Below, in pieces: positions 25,875 to 36,070 of a stretch of DNA of 64,000 nt (position 1 is its first letter; each line of letters begins with the position of its first letter). A program made the translations under genes and the position numbers. The DNA comes from an uncultured Actinomycetes bacterium (lineage in GTDB: Bacteria > Actinomycetota > Thermoleophilia > Solirubrobacterales > 70-9), in assembly GCA_963721735.1 (NCBI GenBank), contig CAVRKX010000003.1, forward strand, positions 18,027-82,026, given 5' to 3'. The notes under the pieces were generated by a model. It was not told where the DNA came from. It did no database searches and was given only the letters and a program-made list of their open reading frames with translations.

Positions 25875-27113
25875 GTGTCCGAGACCTCCCTGTATCGCCG
25901 CCACCGCCCGCAGGCCTTCGACGAGGTGGTCGGCCAGGAGCACGTGGTGCGCACGCTGCGAAACGCCGTCGAGCGCGACCGGGTGCACCACGCCTACCTG
26001 TTCGTCGGCTCGCGGGGAACGGGCAAGACCTCGGTGGCGAAGATCCTCGCCCGCTCCCTGAACTGCGTCAACGGCCCAACGCTGACGCCCTGCGGGGAGT
26101 GCGAGTCCTGCCGCACGATCGCCGCCGGCAGCTCGCTCGACGTGATCGAGATGGACGCCGCCTCCAACCGCTCCGTGGACGACATCCGCGAGCTCCGCGA
26201 GCGGGTCGGCTACGCGCCGGCGGCCGGGCGCTGGAAGGTCTACATCCTGGACGAGGCGCACATGCTCACCCGCGAGGCGTGGAACGCCTTCCTCAAGACG
26301 CTCGAGGAGCCGCCCCCCAACACCGTCTTCGTGCTCTGCACCACCGAGCCGCACAAGGTGATGCCGACGATCGTCGACCGCTGCCAGCGCTTCGACTTCC
26401 AGCGCCCCTCGCTCGAGCAGATCGCCGAGGTCGTGCGCCGGGTGGCGGGCACGGAGTCGATCGAGATCGAGGACGGCGCCGTGGCGGCGATCGCCCGCGC
26501 CGCCACCGGGAGCTTCCGGGACGCGCTCGGCACGCTTGACCAGCTGGTCGCCTACGGCGGCAAGCGGGTGGCCACCGATGACGTGCTGGCGGTGCTCGGC
26601 GTCGCCGAGGCCGAGCTGATCCTGGCCGCCGCCGACGCGATCGCCGCCGAGGACGGCAAGGCGGCGCTCGAGGCGAGCGAGCGCCTGGCGCGCTCCGGCC
26701 GCGACCTGTCGCAGTTCGGCCGCGATCTGCTGGCCCACCTGCGCCAGCTGCTCGTGGTCCGGACGATCGGCGAGCCGCCCGCCACGTTCAGCGTCACCGC
26801 CGCCGACCCCGAGCGGCTTCGCGTCCAGGCCGAGGCATTCTCCGACCTGGCCCTGACCCGGGCGATCGACGCGGTCGCCGCGGCTCTGGCGGCGATCAAG
26901 GAGGGCGACGAGCCGCGAATGACCCTGGAGCTGGCGATCCTGCGGGCCGCGCGGCCCGAGATCGACCCATCGCGCGCCGCCCTGGCGCAGCGGCTCGAGC
27001 GGGTGGAGCGGCTGCTCGAGGGCGGCGGCGTCCAGGCCCCCGCTGAAGGGCCCGAGGACGATCCGGGCCCCGCCGCGGTGGCCACCGAGACGAAACCCGA
27101 CCGCGGTGCCTGA
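25875..27113 (+). CDS. dnaX: DNA polymerase III subunit gamma/tau, N-terminal and central domains
   Basis: GTG start. LYRRHRPQAFDEVVGQEHVVRTLRNAV...YLFVGSRGTGKTS (Walker A), a Cys4 zinc module (NCVNGPTLTPCGECESC), and DEAHML. Confidence 0.95.
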   Translation: MSETSLYRRHRPQAFDEVVGQEHVVRTLRNAVERDRVHHAYLFVGSRGTGKTSVAKILARSLNCVNGPTLTPCGECESCRTIAAGSSLDVIEMDAASNRSVDDIRELRERVGYAPAAGRWKVYILDEAHMLTREAWNAFLKTLEEPPPNTVFVLCTTEPHKVMPTIVDRCQRFDFQRPSLEQIAEVVRRVAGTESIEIEDGAVAAIARAATGSFRDALGTLDQLVAYGGKRVATDDVLAVLGVAEAELILAAADAIAAEDGKAALEASERLARSGRDLSQFGRDLLAHLRQLLVVRTIGEPPATFSVTAADPERLRVQAEAFSDLALTRAIDAVAAALAAIKEGDEPRMTLELAILRAARPEIDPSRAALAQRLERVERLLEGGGVQAPAEGPEDDPGPAAVATETKPDRGA

Positions 27114-27121
27114 CGGAGGCC

Positions 27122-27514
27122 GTGGACGTCGAGCGGATCAGCGGCCTGTGGCCGGCGGTGCTCGACCAGGTCCGCGAGTCGGGCTCGGAGCTGCTCTCGA
27201 CCGTGTTCGCCGCCGCCCGCCCGGTGGCCGTGGACGTCGAGCGGGCGATGCTCGAGGTCGGCTTCCCGGCCAGCGCCGCCTTCAACAAGCGAAAGGCCGA
27301 GGCGCAGGAGGCGCGCGAGCGCCTGGCGGAGGCCGTGAAGACGATCGTCGGCGAGCGCCTGCGCCCGGTCTACGTGCTGCTGGAGGGCAAGGACGAGGCT
27401 GGGCAGGACGGCGCCGAGTCGTCGCTTAGCGATGAGGAGCTGATCGAGCTCCTTCGGTCCGAGTTCGACGCCGAGGAGTTCGGGGGCGACGACGCCAAGG
27501 AGGCCGAGGGATGA
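27122..27514 (+). CDS. DnaX (tau) C-terminal domain-like ORF, out of frame with dnaX
   Basis: ISGLWPAVLDQVRESGSELLSTVFAAARPVAVDVERAMLEVGFPASAAF...AEAVKTIVGERLRPVYVL matches the conserved C-terminal domain of actinobacterial DnaX. It begins 9 nt after the dnaX stop in a different frame. Confidence 0.7.
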   Translation: MDVERISGLWPAVLDQVRESGSELLSTVFAAARPVAVDVERAMLEVGFPASAAFNKRKAEAQEARERLAEAVKTIVGERLRPVYVLLEGKDEAGQDGAESSLSDEELIELLRSEFDAEEFGGDDAKEAEG

Positions 27515-27870
27515 CCCGGATGCCGAACCCGGGCCGCGGCCCCGGCGGACTGGACCTGAACGCGATGATGAAGCAGGTCCAGCAGCTTCAGGGCGAGATG
27601 GCGGAGGCGCAGGAGAAGCTCAAGGACGAGGTCGTCGAGGCGAGCGCCGGCGGCGGCATGGTGAAGGTGAAGATGAGCGGCGACCTGCGGCTGCTCGAGA
27701 TCGCCATCGATCCCGAGGCGATCGATCCCGAGGACGCCGAGCTGCTCCAGGACATGGTCACGGCCGCCGTCAACGAGGGGATCCGCTCCGCCCAGGAGCT
27801 GGCGACCAGCAAGCTGGGCGGCATCGCGGGCGCGGGCGGGCTGGGCGGCCTCGGGCTTCCCGGCGGCTGA
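27511..27870 (+). CDS. YbaB/EbfC family nucleoid-associated protein
   Basis: 119 aa. MMKQVQQLQGEMAEAQEKLKDEVVEASAGGGMVKVKMSGDLRLLEIAIDPEAIDPEDAELLQDMV is the family signature. It sits in the conserved dnaX-ybaB-recR context. Confidence 0.92.
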   Translation: MTRMPNPGRGPGGLDLNAMMKQVQQLQGEMAEAQEKLKDEVVEASAGGGMVKVKMSGDLRLLEIAIDPEAIDPEDAELLQDMVTAAVNEGIRSAQELATSKLGGIAGAGGLGGLGLPGG

Positions 27871-27902
27871 GCGCGCCGCCGCGCTCGATACCGTCAGCCG
27901 GC

Positions 27903-28505
27903 GTGCAACCAGCGCCGATCCAGCGACTGATCACCGAGCTCTCCCGGCTACCCGGGGTGGGGCAGCGGACCGCGCAGCGGCTGGCCTTCCACATCCTGCG
28001 CGCCGACGATGCGGAGGCTGTCGGCCTGGCCGAGGCGATCCGCGAGGTGAAGGAGAAGGTGGGGCTGTGCGAGGTCTGCTTCAACCTCGCCGAGGGGCCG
28101 CGCTGCCGCATCTGCGACGACGCCGGGCGCGACCGCTCGCTGATCTGCGTGGTGGAGGAGCCCTCCGACGTGATCCCGATCGAGCGCACCGGCGAGTACC
28201 GCGGCCTCTACCACGTGCTCGGCGGCGCCCTGTCGCCGATCGACGGCGTGGACCCCGAGGACCTGAGGATCGCCGAGCTGGTGCGGCGCGCGGACGACGG
28301 CGAGGTGAGCGAGGTTGTGCTCGCCACCAATCCGACCACCACGGGCGAGGCGACCGCGCTCCATGTCGCCGAGCTGCTGCGGGACCGGGTGACGATCACT
28401 CGCCTCGCCAGCGGGCTCCCGGTCGGCGCCGACCTCGAGCACGCCGACGAGGTGACGCTGGGGCGCGCCCTGTCGGGGCGCCGCGCCCTCGACGGCTCCC
28501 GCTAG
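27903..28505 (+). CDS. recR: recombination protein RecR
   Basis: 200 aa with the HhH motif LPGVGQRTAQRLAFH, a Cys4 zinc finger (CEVCFNL...CRIC), and a Toprim segment (ICVVEEPSDV). Confidence 0.95.
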   Translation: MQPAPIQRLITELSRLPGVGQRTAQRLAFHILRADDAEAVGLAEAIREVKEKVGLCEVCFNLAEGPRCRICDDAGRDRSLICVVEEPSDVIPIERTGEYRGLYHVLGGALSPIDGVDPEDLRIAELVRRADDGEVSEVVLATNPTTTGEATALHVAELLRDRVTITRLASGLPVGADLEHADEVTLGRALSGRRALDGSR

Positions 28506-30649
28506 GCCTCGGACACCCCGATCCGCGCGTACAGGCGGCGCAGCGGGCGGGGCGCCCACCAGTTCCACTTGCCGAGCAGCTCCATCAGCGAGGGCACGAG
28601 CAGGGCCCGAATGATGCTGGCGTCGATCAGCACCGCGAGCGCGGTGCCCAGCCCGTTCTGCTTGATGAAGATGATCTGCGAGGTCGCAAAGGCGCCGATC
28701 GCGATCGAGAACAGGAGCGCCGCGGCGGTGACGATCCGCCCCGTGCGCTCGAGGCCGATCGCGACCGACTCCGAGTCGCTCGCGCCCGCGTCGCGGGCTT
28801 CCTTGATCCGCGAAAGCAGGAACACCGCGTAGTCGGTCGAGAGCCCGAAGGCGACGGCGAAGAGGAGGATCGGCATCGTCTGCTCGAGCGCTCCCTGGCC
28901 TTGGTAATCGAGCAAGCCCTCGAGGTTTCCGTGCTGGAAGACGAGCACGAGGATGCCGAACACGGCGCTCAGGGTGAGAGCGTTCATGACCAGCGCCTTG
29001 ACCGGCAGCACCACGGAGCCGGTGAACAGGAACAGCACCATGAAGGTGGTGATGACCACGATCGCCAGCGCAATGGGCAGGTGCTCCTCGAGGCTCGACT
29101 GAAAGTCAGCGAAATGCGCCGAGGCGCCGGTGACGAGCATCGTCGTCACCCCGGGCGGTTCCGGAAGGTTGCGGAGTCGCCTCACCGTCGACTTGCTCCG
29201 CTCGGACATGAAAGGGCTCTTGACGGTTGCCTCGAGGACGGTCCACCCGCCCGAAAGCCGCTGAGGGGGATCGACCGCGGCGACGCCGGGATCGCGCCTG
29301 ACCTCGGAGGCCACGGCGGCCACCGCCTTCTGCCCACCGCCCTGTACGGCAAGCCGTACCGGCGTGTCGCGGAAGGGCGGGAAGTCGGAGCGCATCACGT
29401 CATCGACCTGGCGGGCGCTGGCGCTCTCGGGCAGCACCTGCGCGTCGACCGAGGTGAACTTGATGCTGAGGAAGGGGATCCCGAGGGCGATCAGAAACGT
29501 CGCGCTCAGGGTCGCGATCGGGATCGGTCGCCGCATCACGAAGCGCGAGAGCCGGTACCAGAACCCGGATTCGGTCGCTCTCGCGTCGCGCTCGGCGCGG
29601 CGCTGGAGAAAGCGTGGCGCGAGCGCGTTGACGCGCGGCCCCAGAATGCTCAGTACCGCGGGGAGGACGGTCAGGGCCACCGCGGCGGCCAGCAGCGCCA
29701 CCAGCGCCCCGCCGATTCCCATCGAGTAGAGGAAGCGCTGCGGGAAGACGATCAGGGATGCGAGCGCGGCGGCGACCGTGATCGAGGAGAACAGGACCGT
29801 GCGCCCCGCCGTCCGCATCGTCGCCCGGAGCGCCTCCCAGCGCTCGGTCCGGCCTCCCACTCCGGCGGAGTCGATGCCTCGCCTCGCGAGCTCCTCCCGG
29901 TAACGCGAGACAATGAAGAGGCTGTAGTCGATCGCGAGTCCGAGGCCAAGGCCGGTGGTCAGGTTGAGGGCGAAGATCGAGATCGACCCAAACTCGCTCG
30001 CGATCCGCAGCACGAGAAAGGTGCCGATGATCGCGAGGCCGCCGATCAGCAGCGGCAGAAGCGCGGCGACGAGGCTGCGGAAGAAGAGCAGGGACAGCAG
30101 GAAGAGGAGGGGGAAGGCGAGCATCTCGGCTCGGCGCAGGTCGGACTCGGTTTGCTTGTTCACCTGCTCCTCGGCGAGCGCCACGCCGCCAACCTCGATC
30201 CCGGGCTGCCCCTCCAGGTGGTCGGCGATGCTCGAGGCGGCGTCCTGCCTGGATTTGTCATCGGTCGGCCGCAGGGCGACCGCGATGTAGGTGTGGCTGC
30301 CGTCGTTGGAGACGAAGTCGCGAGAGCCCGTGTCGTAGTAGCCGGTCACCTTGGCCACGTCCGCGCGGGCGCGAAGCTGACGCTCGACCCCTTCGATTCG
30401 TGAGCGAGTCGCGGGATCGGCGATCGGAGCGTCCTTGACCAGCACGATCACCGCCGGCTCCCGGAAGCCCTGCCCCTGGAGCAGTTCGTCCGCCTTGACG
30501 CTTTCGGTGGCCGGGTCGTCGGCGCCATAGGGGTCGAGGTGGCTGGCGACCGAGCCGCCGATCGCGCCGGCGAGGATGAAGAACGCGGCTCCGCCGACCG
30601 CCACGAAACGCCGGCGGCGGTAGACGAATCTGGCCAGGGCGTCGAGCAT
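28502..30649 (-). CDS. MMPL family (RND superfamily) transporter
   Basis: The start MLDALARFVYRRRRF at 30649 overlaps the padR stop (ATGA). About 12 TM segments with two extracytoplasmic loops. Typical MMPL blocks are present (GLGLAIDYSLFIVSRYREEL, GLSTDYAVFLLSRIKE). Confidence 0.9.
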   Translation of the reverse strand: MLDALARFVYRRRRFVAVGGAAFFILAGAIGGSVASHLDPYGADDPATESVKADELLQGQGFREPAVIVLVKDAPIADPATRSRIEGVERQLRARADVAKVTGYYDTGSRDFVSNDGSHTYIAVALRPTDDKSRQDAASSIADHLEGQPGIEVGGVALAEEQVNKQTESDLRRAEMLAFPLLFLLSLLFFRSLVAALLPLLIGGLAIIGTFLVLRIASEFGSISIFALNLTTGLGLGLAIDYSLFIVSRYREELARRGIDSAGVGGRTERWEALRATMRTAGRTVLFSSITVAAALASLIVFPQRFLYSMGIGGALVALLAAAVALTVLPAVLSILGPRVNALAPRFLQRRAERDARATESGFWYRLSRFVMRRPIPIATLSATFLIALGIPFLSIKFTSVDAQVLPESASARQVDDVMRSDFPPFRDTPVRLAVQGGGQKAVAAVASEVRRDPGVAAVDPPQRLSGGWTVLEATVKSPFMSERSKSTVRRLRNLPEPPGVTTMLVTGASAHFADFQSSLEEHLPIALAIVVITTFMVLFLFTGSVVLPVKALVMNALTLSAVFGILVLVFQHGNLEGLLDYQGQGALEQTMPILLFAVAFGLSTDYAVFLLSRIKEARDAGASDSESVAIGLERTGRIVTAAALLFSIAIGAFATSQIIFIKQNGLGTALAVLIDASIIRALLVPSLMELLGKWNWWAPRPLRRLYARIGVSEA

Positions 30650-31197
30650 CAGGCGCTCCTCCTCTCGACGGCGGCCCCCTCCTCTTCGAGGGCCTGTCTG
30701 GTTCGCTCGCACCAGCCCGCCATCCACTCGTGGAACTCGATCCCGTAACGCAGGACGATGTACGGGAGGCCCTCCGGCGGCCCGGCCGCCTCGACCTCCC
30801 TCAACCGCTCGATCGTCCGCTCATGCGAGCGGCGCATCGCCTCGAGCGTCGCGGGGGCGGACTCGCCGCCGCCGCCGGCGTCGGCGAAGAACAGCTTCAG
30901 GAGCCCCTCGTCACGGAGCTCGAAGACCTCGGGCTCGGCGTCGAGCCAGGCGCGCAGCTCCCTGCGCCCGGCGGACGTGAGCCGGTAGACGTTGCGCCTC
31001 CGGCCGCCCTGCGGGCTGGCCTTGCCCTCGATCAGCCCGGCGGCGACCAGGCGGCGAAGCTCGGGGTAGATCTGGCCGTAGCTGGCCGTCCAGAAGAAGC
31101 GGGTCGACTTGTCGACGATCGACTTGATCTCGTAGCCGCTCATCGGCCGCCAGCCGAGCGTCCCCAGGATCACGTACGCGGTGGGAGAGAGGTCCAT
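30649..31197 (-). CDS. PadR family transcriptional regulator
   Basis: 182 aa. YVILGTLGWRPMSGYEIKSIVDKSTRFFWTASYGQIYPELRRLVAAGLIEG is a PadR winged helix. It forms an operon with the MMPL gene. Confidence 0.9.
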   Translation of the reverse strand: MDLSPTAYVILGTLGWRPMSGYEIKSIVDKSTRFFWTASYGQIYPELRRLVAAGLIEGKASPQGGRRRNVYRLTSAGRRELRAWLDAEPEVFELRDEGLLKLFFADAGGGGESAPATLEAMRRSHERTIERLREVEAAGPPEGLPYIVLRYGIEFHEWMAGWCERTRQALEEEGAAVERRSA

Positions 31198-31214
31198 ATA
31201 TCGGGAAGATATAT
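31196..31214. promoter_or_regulatory. AT-rich inverted repeat, candidate PadR operator
   Basis: ATATATC-GGGAA-GATATAT overlaps the padR start codon in the padR/lysC divergent region. It stands out against the GC-rich background. Confidence 0.4.
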
Positions 31215-31315
31215 CGCGCTGGCCGCGGCCCGTCTGTGCGCCGGGTCACAGACGCGTTTCGCTTGCCCTGAGCCGCCGCCGCCGTCCGCGTAATTCTCCA
31301 TATCCTCACTCGCCC

Positions 31316-32635
31316 ATGCCGGCGACCGACGAGACAGTGGTGATGAAGTTCGGCGGCACCTCCGTCGCCGCGGCGGAGGACATCAAGCGCGCCGCGCGGC
31401 GGATCGTCGCCGCCCGCGAGCACGGCAAGCGGGTGGTGGCGGTGCTCTCGGCGCGTGGCAAGACCACCGACGACCTGGTGGGCATGGCCCAGGAGGTGTC
31501 CGACACCCCTGCGGCGCGCGAGATGGACATGCTCCTGTCCACCGGCGAGCGGATCTCCTGCGCCCTGTGCGCGATGGCGATCCACGACCTGGGCCACAAC
31601 GCGATCTCGCTCACGGGGTCGCAGGCCGGGATCGTCACCGACTCCTCGCACACCAAGGCGCGCATCCTCGACGTGCGCGCCGATCGCATCCGCGAGGCGC
31701 TGGGCGACGACCGGATCGTGCTGGTTGCCGGCTTCCAGGGCATGTCCGGGGACAGCCGGGACATCACCACGCTCGGGAGGGGCGGCTCCGACACCACCGC
31801 CGTGGCGATCGCCGCCGCGCTGAGCGCCGACGTCTGCGAGATCTATACGGACGTGCGCGGGGTGTTCAGCGCCGATCCGCGCTTGGTGCCCGACGCGCGC
31901 CTGCTGCGCGTGGTCTCCTTCGAGGAGATGCTCGAGATGGCGGCCTCGGGGGCCAAGGTGCTCCAGCTGCGCTCGGTCGAGTACGCGCGAAACCACGAGA
32001 TCCCGATCCATTGCCGCAGTTCCTTCGAGGAGGGCCCCGGTACTCTCGTCGTCTCCGAGAGGGAGACGATGGAAAGGCCCTTCGTGACAGCCGTAACCCA
32101 TGCCGACGAGGCGCGCGTGACCCTGGCCGGGGTGCGCGACGAGCCGGGGGTGGCCGGGCAGATCTTCGGCGCCCTGGCCGGCGCCAACGTGAACGTGGAC
32201 ATGATCATCCAGAACGAGCCCGTGTCCGCCGACCAGAAGGCCGACCTCTCGTTCACGGTCGACCCCGGCGACCTGCGCGCGGCGACCGAGGCCCTGGAAG
32301 CGCTGGAGATCTGCGAGCGCCTCGAAACCGACGAGCGGATCGGCAAGGTCTCGATCGTCGGCGCCGGGATGCGCAGCCACCCCGGCGTCGCCGCCAGGGT
32401 CTTCCAGACGCTCGGCGAGAACGGGATCAACATCGAGATGATCTCCACCTCGCCGATCAAGATCTCCTGCGTGATCGCCGCGGGCGGTGTCCCGGCGGCG
32501 GTCAAGGCCCTGCATGAGGCATTCGAGCTGGGCGATGACGCCGTTCGTCGCGAGGAGCCGACCGGGGTGGAGCACCGGCCGGTCGTCAGGCCCGCCGGCG
32601 GCGGGGAGGAGGACCGGGCTCGCGATGGCGCCTGA
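31316..32635 (+). CDS. lysC: aspartate kinase
   Basis: ATG at 31316. VVMKFGGTSVAAAEDIKRAARRIV...GRGGSDTTAVAIAAAL...two C-terminal ACT domains. It is followed by asd. Confidence 0.95.
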   Translation: MPATDETVVMKFGGTSVAAAEDIKRAARRIVAAREHGKRVVAVLSARGKTTDDLVGMAQEVSDTPAAREMDMLLSTGERISCALCAMAIHDLGHNAISLTGSQAGIVTDSSHTKARILDVRADRIREALGDDRIVLVAGFQGMSGDSRDITTLGRGGSDTTAVAIAAALSADVCEIYTDVRGVFSADPRLVPDARLLRVVSFEEMLEMAASGAKVLQLRSVEYARNHEIPIHCRSSFEEGPGTLVVSERETMERPFVTAVTHADEARVTLAGVRDEPGVAGQIFGALAGANVNVDMIIQNEPVSADQKADLSFTVDPGDLRAATEALEALEICERLETDERIGKVSIVGAGMRSHPGVAARVFQTLGENGINIEMISTSPIKISCVIAAGGVPAAVKALHEAFELGDDAVRREEPTGVEHRPVVRPAGGGEEDRARDGA

Positions 32636-33683
32636 CGGCTACAGGGTCGGCGTCGTCGGGGCCACGGGCGCGGTCGGCTCGACCATGCTCCAGGTGCTGG
32701 GCGAGCGCGGCTTCCCCGCGGCCGAGGTGATCCCCTTCGCCTCCGAGCGCTCGGCGGGGCGAAAGCTCGCCGTGAACGGCCGGGAGCTCGAATGCCGGCC
32801 GCTGTCGGAGGAGACGATTCAGGGCCTCGACCTGGCCCTGTCCTCGGCGGGCGGCGAGGTCAGCGCGGAGTGGGCGCCGAGGCTGGTGGATGCGGGCGCG
32901 GTGGTGGTCGACAACACCAGCTACTGGCGAATGCACGACGAGGTCCCGCTTGTGGTGGCGGAGGTCAACCCGGAGGCGCTCGACTCTCACCGGGGGATCG
33001 TCGCCAACCCGAATTGCTCGGCCATGCAGATGGTCGTCGCCCTGGCGCCGATCCACCGCGCCGCGGGCATCGAGCGGATCGTCGTCTCCACTTACCAGCC
33101 GGTCTCGGGGACGGGCCGGCGGGCGATGCAGGAGCTTCGCGACCAGGCGCACGCGGTGCTCCACGACTCAGATCCGCCGGCCGCCGAGGTTTACCCGCAC
33201 CGGATCGCGTTCAACGTCCTGCCCCAGGTGGAGACGTTCAAGGGCGGCGACGACTACACGACCGAGGAGCGCAAGATGATGGCCGAGACGCGGAAGATCC
33301 TCGGCGTTGGCGAGCAGGAGCTGCGGATCTCGGCCACCTGCGTGCGGGTTCCCGTGCTCTACGGCGAATCGGAGTCGGTCAACGTGCAGACCCGCGAGCC
33401 GTTGTCGCCGGAGCAGTGCCGGGAGATCCTGGCGCGAGCGCCCGGCGTGGTCGTGGTCGATGCGCCCGCCGAGGGCGTCTACCCGCTGGCGAGCGACGCC
33501 GCCGGCCGCGACGAGGTCCTGGTGGGCCGCATCCGCCGCGACCCCTCGCACGAGCGCTGCCTCAATCTCTGGGTGGTCGGCGACAACCTCCGCAAGGGCG
33601 CGGCGACGAACGCCGTCCAGGTCGCGGAGCTGCTCCACCAGCGCGGGTTGATCCGCCGCACCGAGGCCCCGGCGCCCGCGTAG
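32625..33683 (+). CDS. asd: aspartate-semialdehyde dehydrogenase
   Basis: ATG at 32625 after a GGGGAGGAGGA RBS, overlapping the lysC end by 11 nt. GVVGATGAVGSTMLQVL...ANPNCSAMQMVVAL contains the active-site Cys. Confidence 0.95.
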   Translation: MAPDGYRVGVVGATGAVGSTMLQVLGERGFPAAEVIPFASERSAGRKLAVNGRELECRPLSEETIQGLDLALSSAGGEVSAEWAPRLVDAGAVVVDNTSYWRMHDEVPLVVAEVNPEALDSHRGIVANPNCSAMQMVVALAPIHRAAGIERIVVSTYQPVSGTGRRAMQELRDQAHAVLHDSDPPAAEVYPHRIAFNVLPQVETFKGGDDYTTEERKMMAETRKILGVGEQELRISATCVRVPVLYGESESVNVQTREPLSPEQCREILARAPGVVVVDAPAEGVYPLASDAAGRDEVLVGRIRRDPSHERCLNLWVVGDNLRKGAATNAVQVAELLHQRGLIRRTEAPAPA

Positions 33684-33724
33684 GCGCCGTTCTCGGACCG
33701 GACGTCCATCTACGATCACCGCCC

Positions 33725-36062
33725 TTGCTAGGCGCCTACGCATCCGTCGCGGTGCTGATCGCCGTTTCGCTCGCGGTCGGCCAGGCGATCCTCTCGCTGT
33801 GCGGGCGCCGCGAGTTCAGCTTGCTCGGCGGGCCGGTGGGGCTGGCGGCGATCCTGGTCGTCAGCGGGATCGCGATCAAGCTCCCGGGGCACGGGACGGC
33901 GGTGGCGATCGCCCTCTTGGCCCTCCTCGTCCTCTCACTCGCGAGCCTGGCGTGGCGAGGGCGAGTGGCAGGTGGGGAACCGGCGCTCGCCCTTGTCGCA
34001 GCGGCGGCTCGCCCTCCTCCTCGCCTCGATCCCCTTCATCGTCAACGGGCGCGTCGGGATCCTCGGCGTCGGGCTGGTCAACGACGACATGGCCTCCCAT
34101 CTGTTGATCGCGGACTGGCTGAACACGCGAGTGGGAGAGACGCCGGGGCTGATCGAAGGTGGCTACCCGGTGGGGCCGCACGCGCTCGCCGCCGGGCTCA
34201 GCGAGGGGCTTGGGACGGGCCTGATCGAGGCGTTCGCGGGCATCACGCTCGCCATCCCCGTGCTCACCGCACTGGTCGCCGTCGAGGTCCTGCGCGACCT
34301 GCGGCGGCTTCCCCGGGTGATCGCCGCGGCGCTGGTGGCGCTTCCCTATCTCGCTGCCGCCTACCTGGCGCAGGGCGCGTTCAAGGAGCCGATGGAGGCC
34401 CTGTTCCTGGTTGCCTTCGCGCTCCTCTTGCCCGGCGCGACGACCGTTCGCCGCGGCCTGCCGCTGGCCGTGATCGCGGCAGGCGCGGTCTACGCCTACA
34501 GCTTCCCGGGCCTCTTCTGGCTCCTCGGCGCGGCGGCGATCTACGCGGCGGTCGCGCTGGCGCGAGGGGAGCGTTCGTTTCAGGTGCGCCCGCCGGTTCT
34601 CTCGGGCATCGCGGTGGCGTTCGGCGTGCTCGTGGTGCTGACGGCCCCGGAGCTGGGCCGGATCGTCGACTTCACGAACTTCAGGGCGTTCCGCGACTCG
34701 ACCATCTCGAGCGGGCTCGGAAACCTGCGCCACCAGCTGTCGCCGCTCGAGGCGCTGGGCATCTGGCCGGCGAGCGACTTTCGGCTTTCGGCGAGCGCGG
34801 CCACAACGCCCGCGCCGGCCTTCTACCTCGGCGCCCTGGTGGCCGCCCTCGCCCTGGCGGTCGGGCTGCCGCGCTGGATACGCCGGCACGGTCGGGCGCT
34901 TCCCGCGGCGCTGGCCGCGGCGATCGTCATCTACCTGGGGGCACTCGCCTTCGGCACCGTCTACACGAGCGCCAAGGCCCTCGCGATCGCCGCCCCCCTG
35001 ATCACCCTGATCTCGCTCGGCGGGCTGCTGGGCCGCGAGCGCTCAGACCAGCGGGGTGGTGCGCGCATCTGGCGCCCCGCGCTCGCGCTCGCGCTGGCAG
35101 CGGGCATCGCCCTGTCCAGCTTCCCTGTCCTGCGCCAGGCGCCCGTTGCCCCTCAGGACCACGCGGACCAGCTCGCCGAGCTGCGGCCCTTGGTCCAGGG
35201 GCACGAGGTGCTGTTCCTCGGTCGCGACAACTTCATCGCCTACGAGCTGCGCGGCTCGCGGCCGTTCACGGCGGTGCGCAACTACTACGACCCGAACTAC
35301 GTCCGCCCGAACCTGCGGCTGAAGGACGTGTTCCGGAAGTTCGATTTCGACTCGGTCCCGCCCGCGACGCTCGGCCGCTTCCCCTACGTGATCACGACGC
35401 GTGCCGCCTACGCGAGCGGGCCGCCCCCCGCATTCGAGCCGCTTCGCGTGACCTCGGACTTCGCGCTCTGGAAGCGGACGGGACCGGTGGGCGAGCGGCG
35501 CACGCTGGCCGAGGGGGACCGGCCCGGCGAGCCGCTCGATTGCTCGAGCTCGCAGGGGCGGCGCCTTCGCCGCCGCGGCGGCACGGCAACGGCGTTCGCC
35601 GCGCCACCGGTGATCGGCGGCACCTGGTCGCCGAGCCCCACGGTGGAGAGCGGCTCGGAGTCCTCACAGGAGCTGACGCTGCCGCGGGGTCGCTGGCGGA
35701 TCTCGATCCAGTACGACTCCACCCGGGCGCTTCGGGTCCGCGCGCCGGGCATGGCCGCGACCCTGCCGCCGAACCTCGACTATCGCGGCTCGGTCCCCTT
35801 CCATGCCGGCGGCGAGCTCACCGTCCGCCGCCACGGCCCGGTTCGGTTCACGGTCAGCGTCGAGCGACCGCCGCTCGCGGGCCGCCTCCTGGGCGCCTAC
35901 TCGGTGGCCCATCTCGGGGCGATCGCCGCATCGCCCGCCGCCGGCGATCAATCCGGCGGGCCGCTTCCCGGGCCTGGGCGAGCGCCGCGTCCGACTACGG
36001 CGAGCCTGCGGCCGCTACGTGGACTGGTTCCGCCCGCGGGCCGCGCCCTGAAGCGTCTATAA
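33725..36062 (+). CDS. large polytopic membrane protein of unknown function with a C-terminal soluble domain; apparent frame break near 34000
   Basis: The N-terminal TM helices (LLGAYASVAVLIAVSLAVGQAILSL...LALLVLSLASLAW) are in one frame and the 696-aa ORF 33972-36062 is in another. The start codon (TTG at 33725) is tentative. Confidence 0.5.
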
Positions 36063-36070
36063 GCCCGGGC

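Noticed and set aside
27080-27115. Programmed ribosomal frameshift site in dnaX
   Set aside because: There is no slippery heptamer or A-run. Many other genes in the window have similar single-base breaks, so an artefact is more parsimonious. It is kept as a low-interest finding only.
28067-30403. 778-aa plus-strand ORF; also 50803-53262 on the minus strand (819 aa) and 32792-36229 on the plus strand (1145 aa)
   Set aside because: These are antisense or off-frame to well-supported genes (MMPL, lon, asd and the membrane protein), with Arg/Pro/Gly-rich translations. They are artefacts of the low stop-codon frequency at high GC.
31198-31315. Lysine riboswitch (L-box) upstream of lysC
   Set aside because: The leader is only about 118 nt and shows none of the conserved L-box helices that I can recognise.
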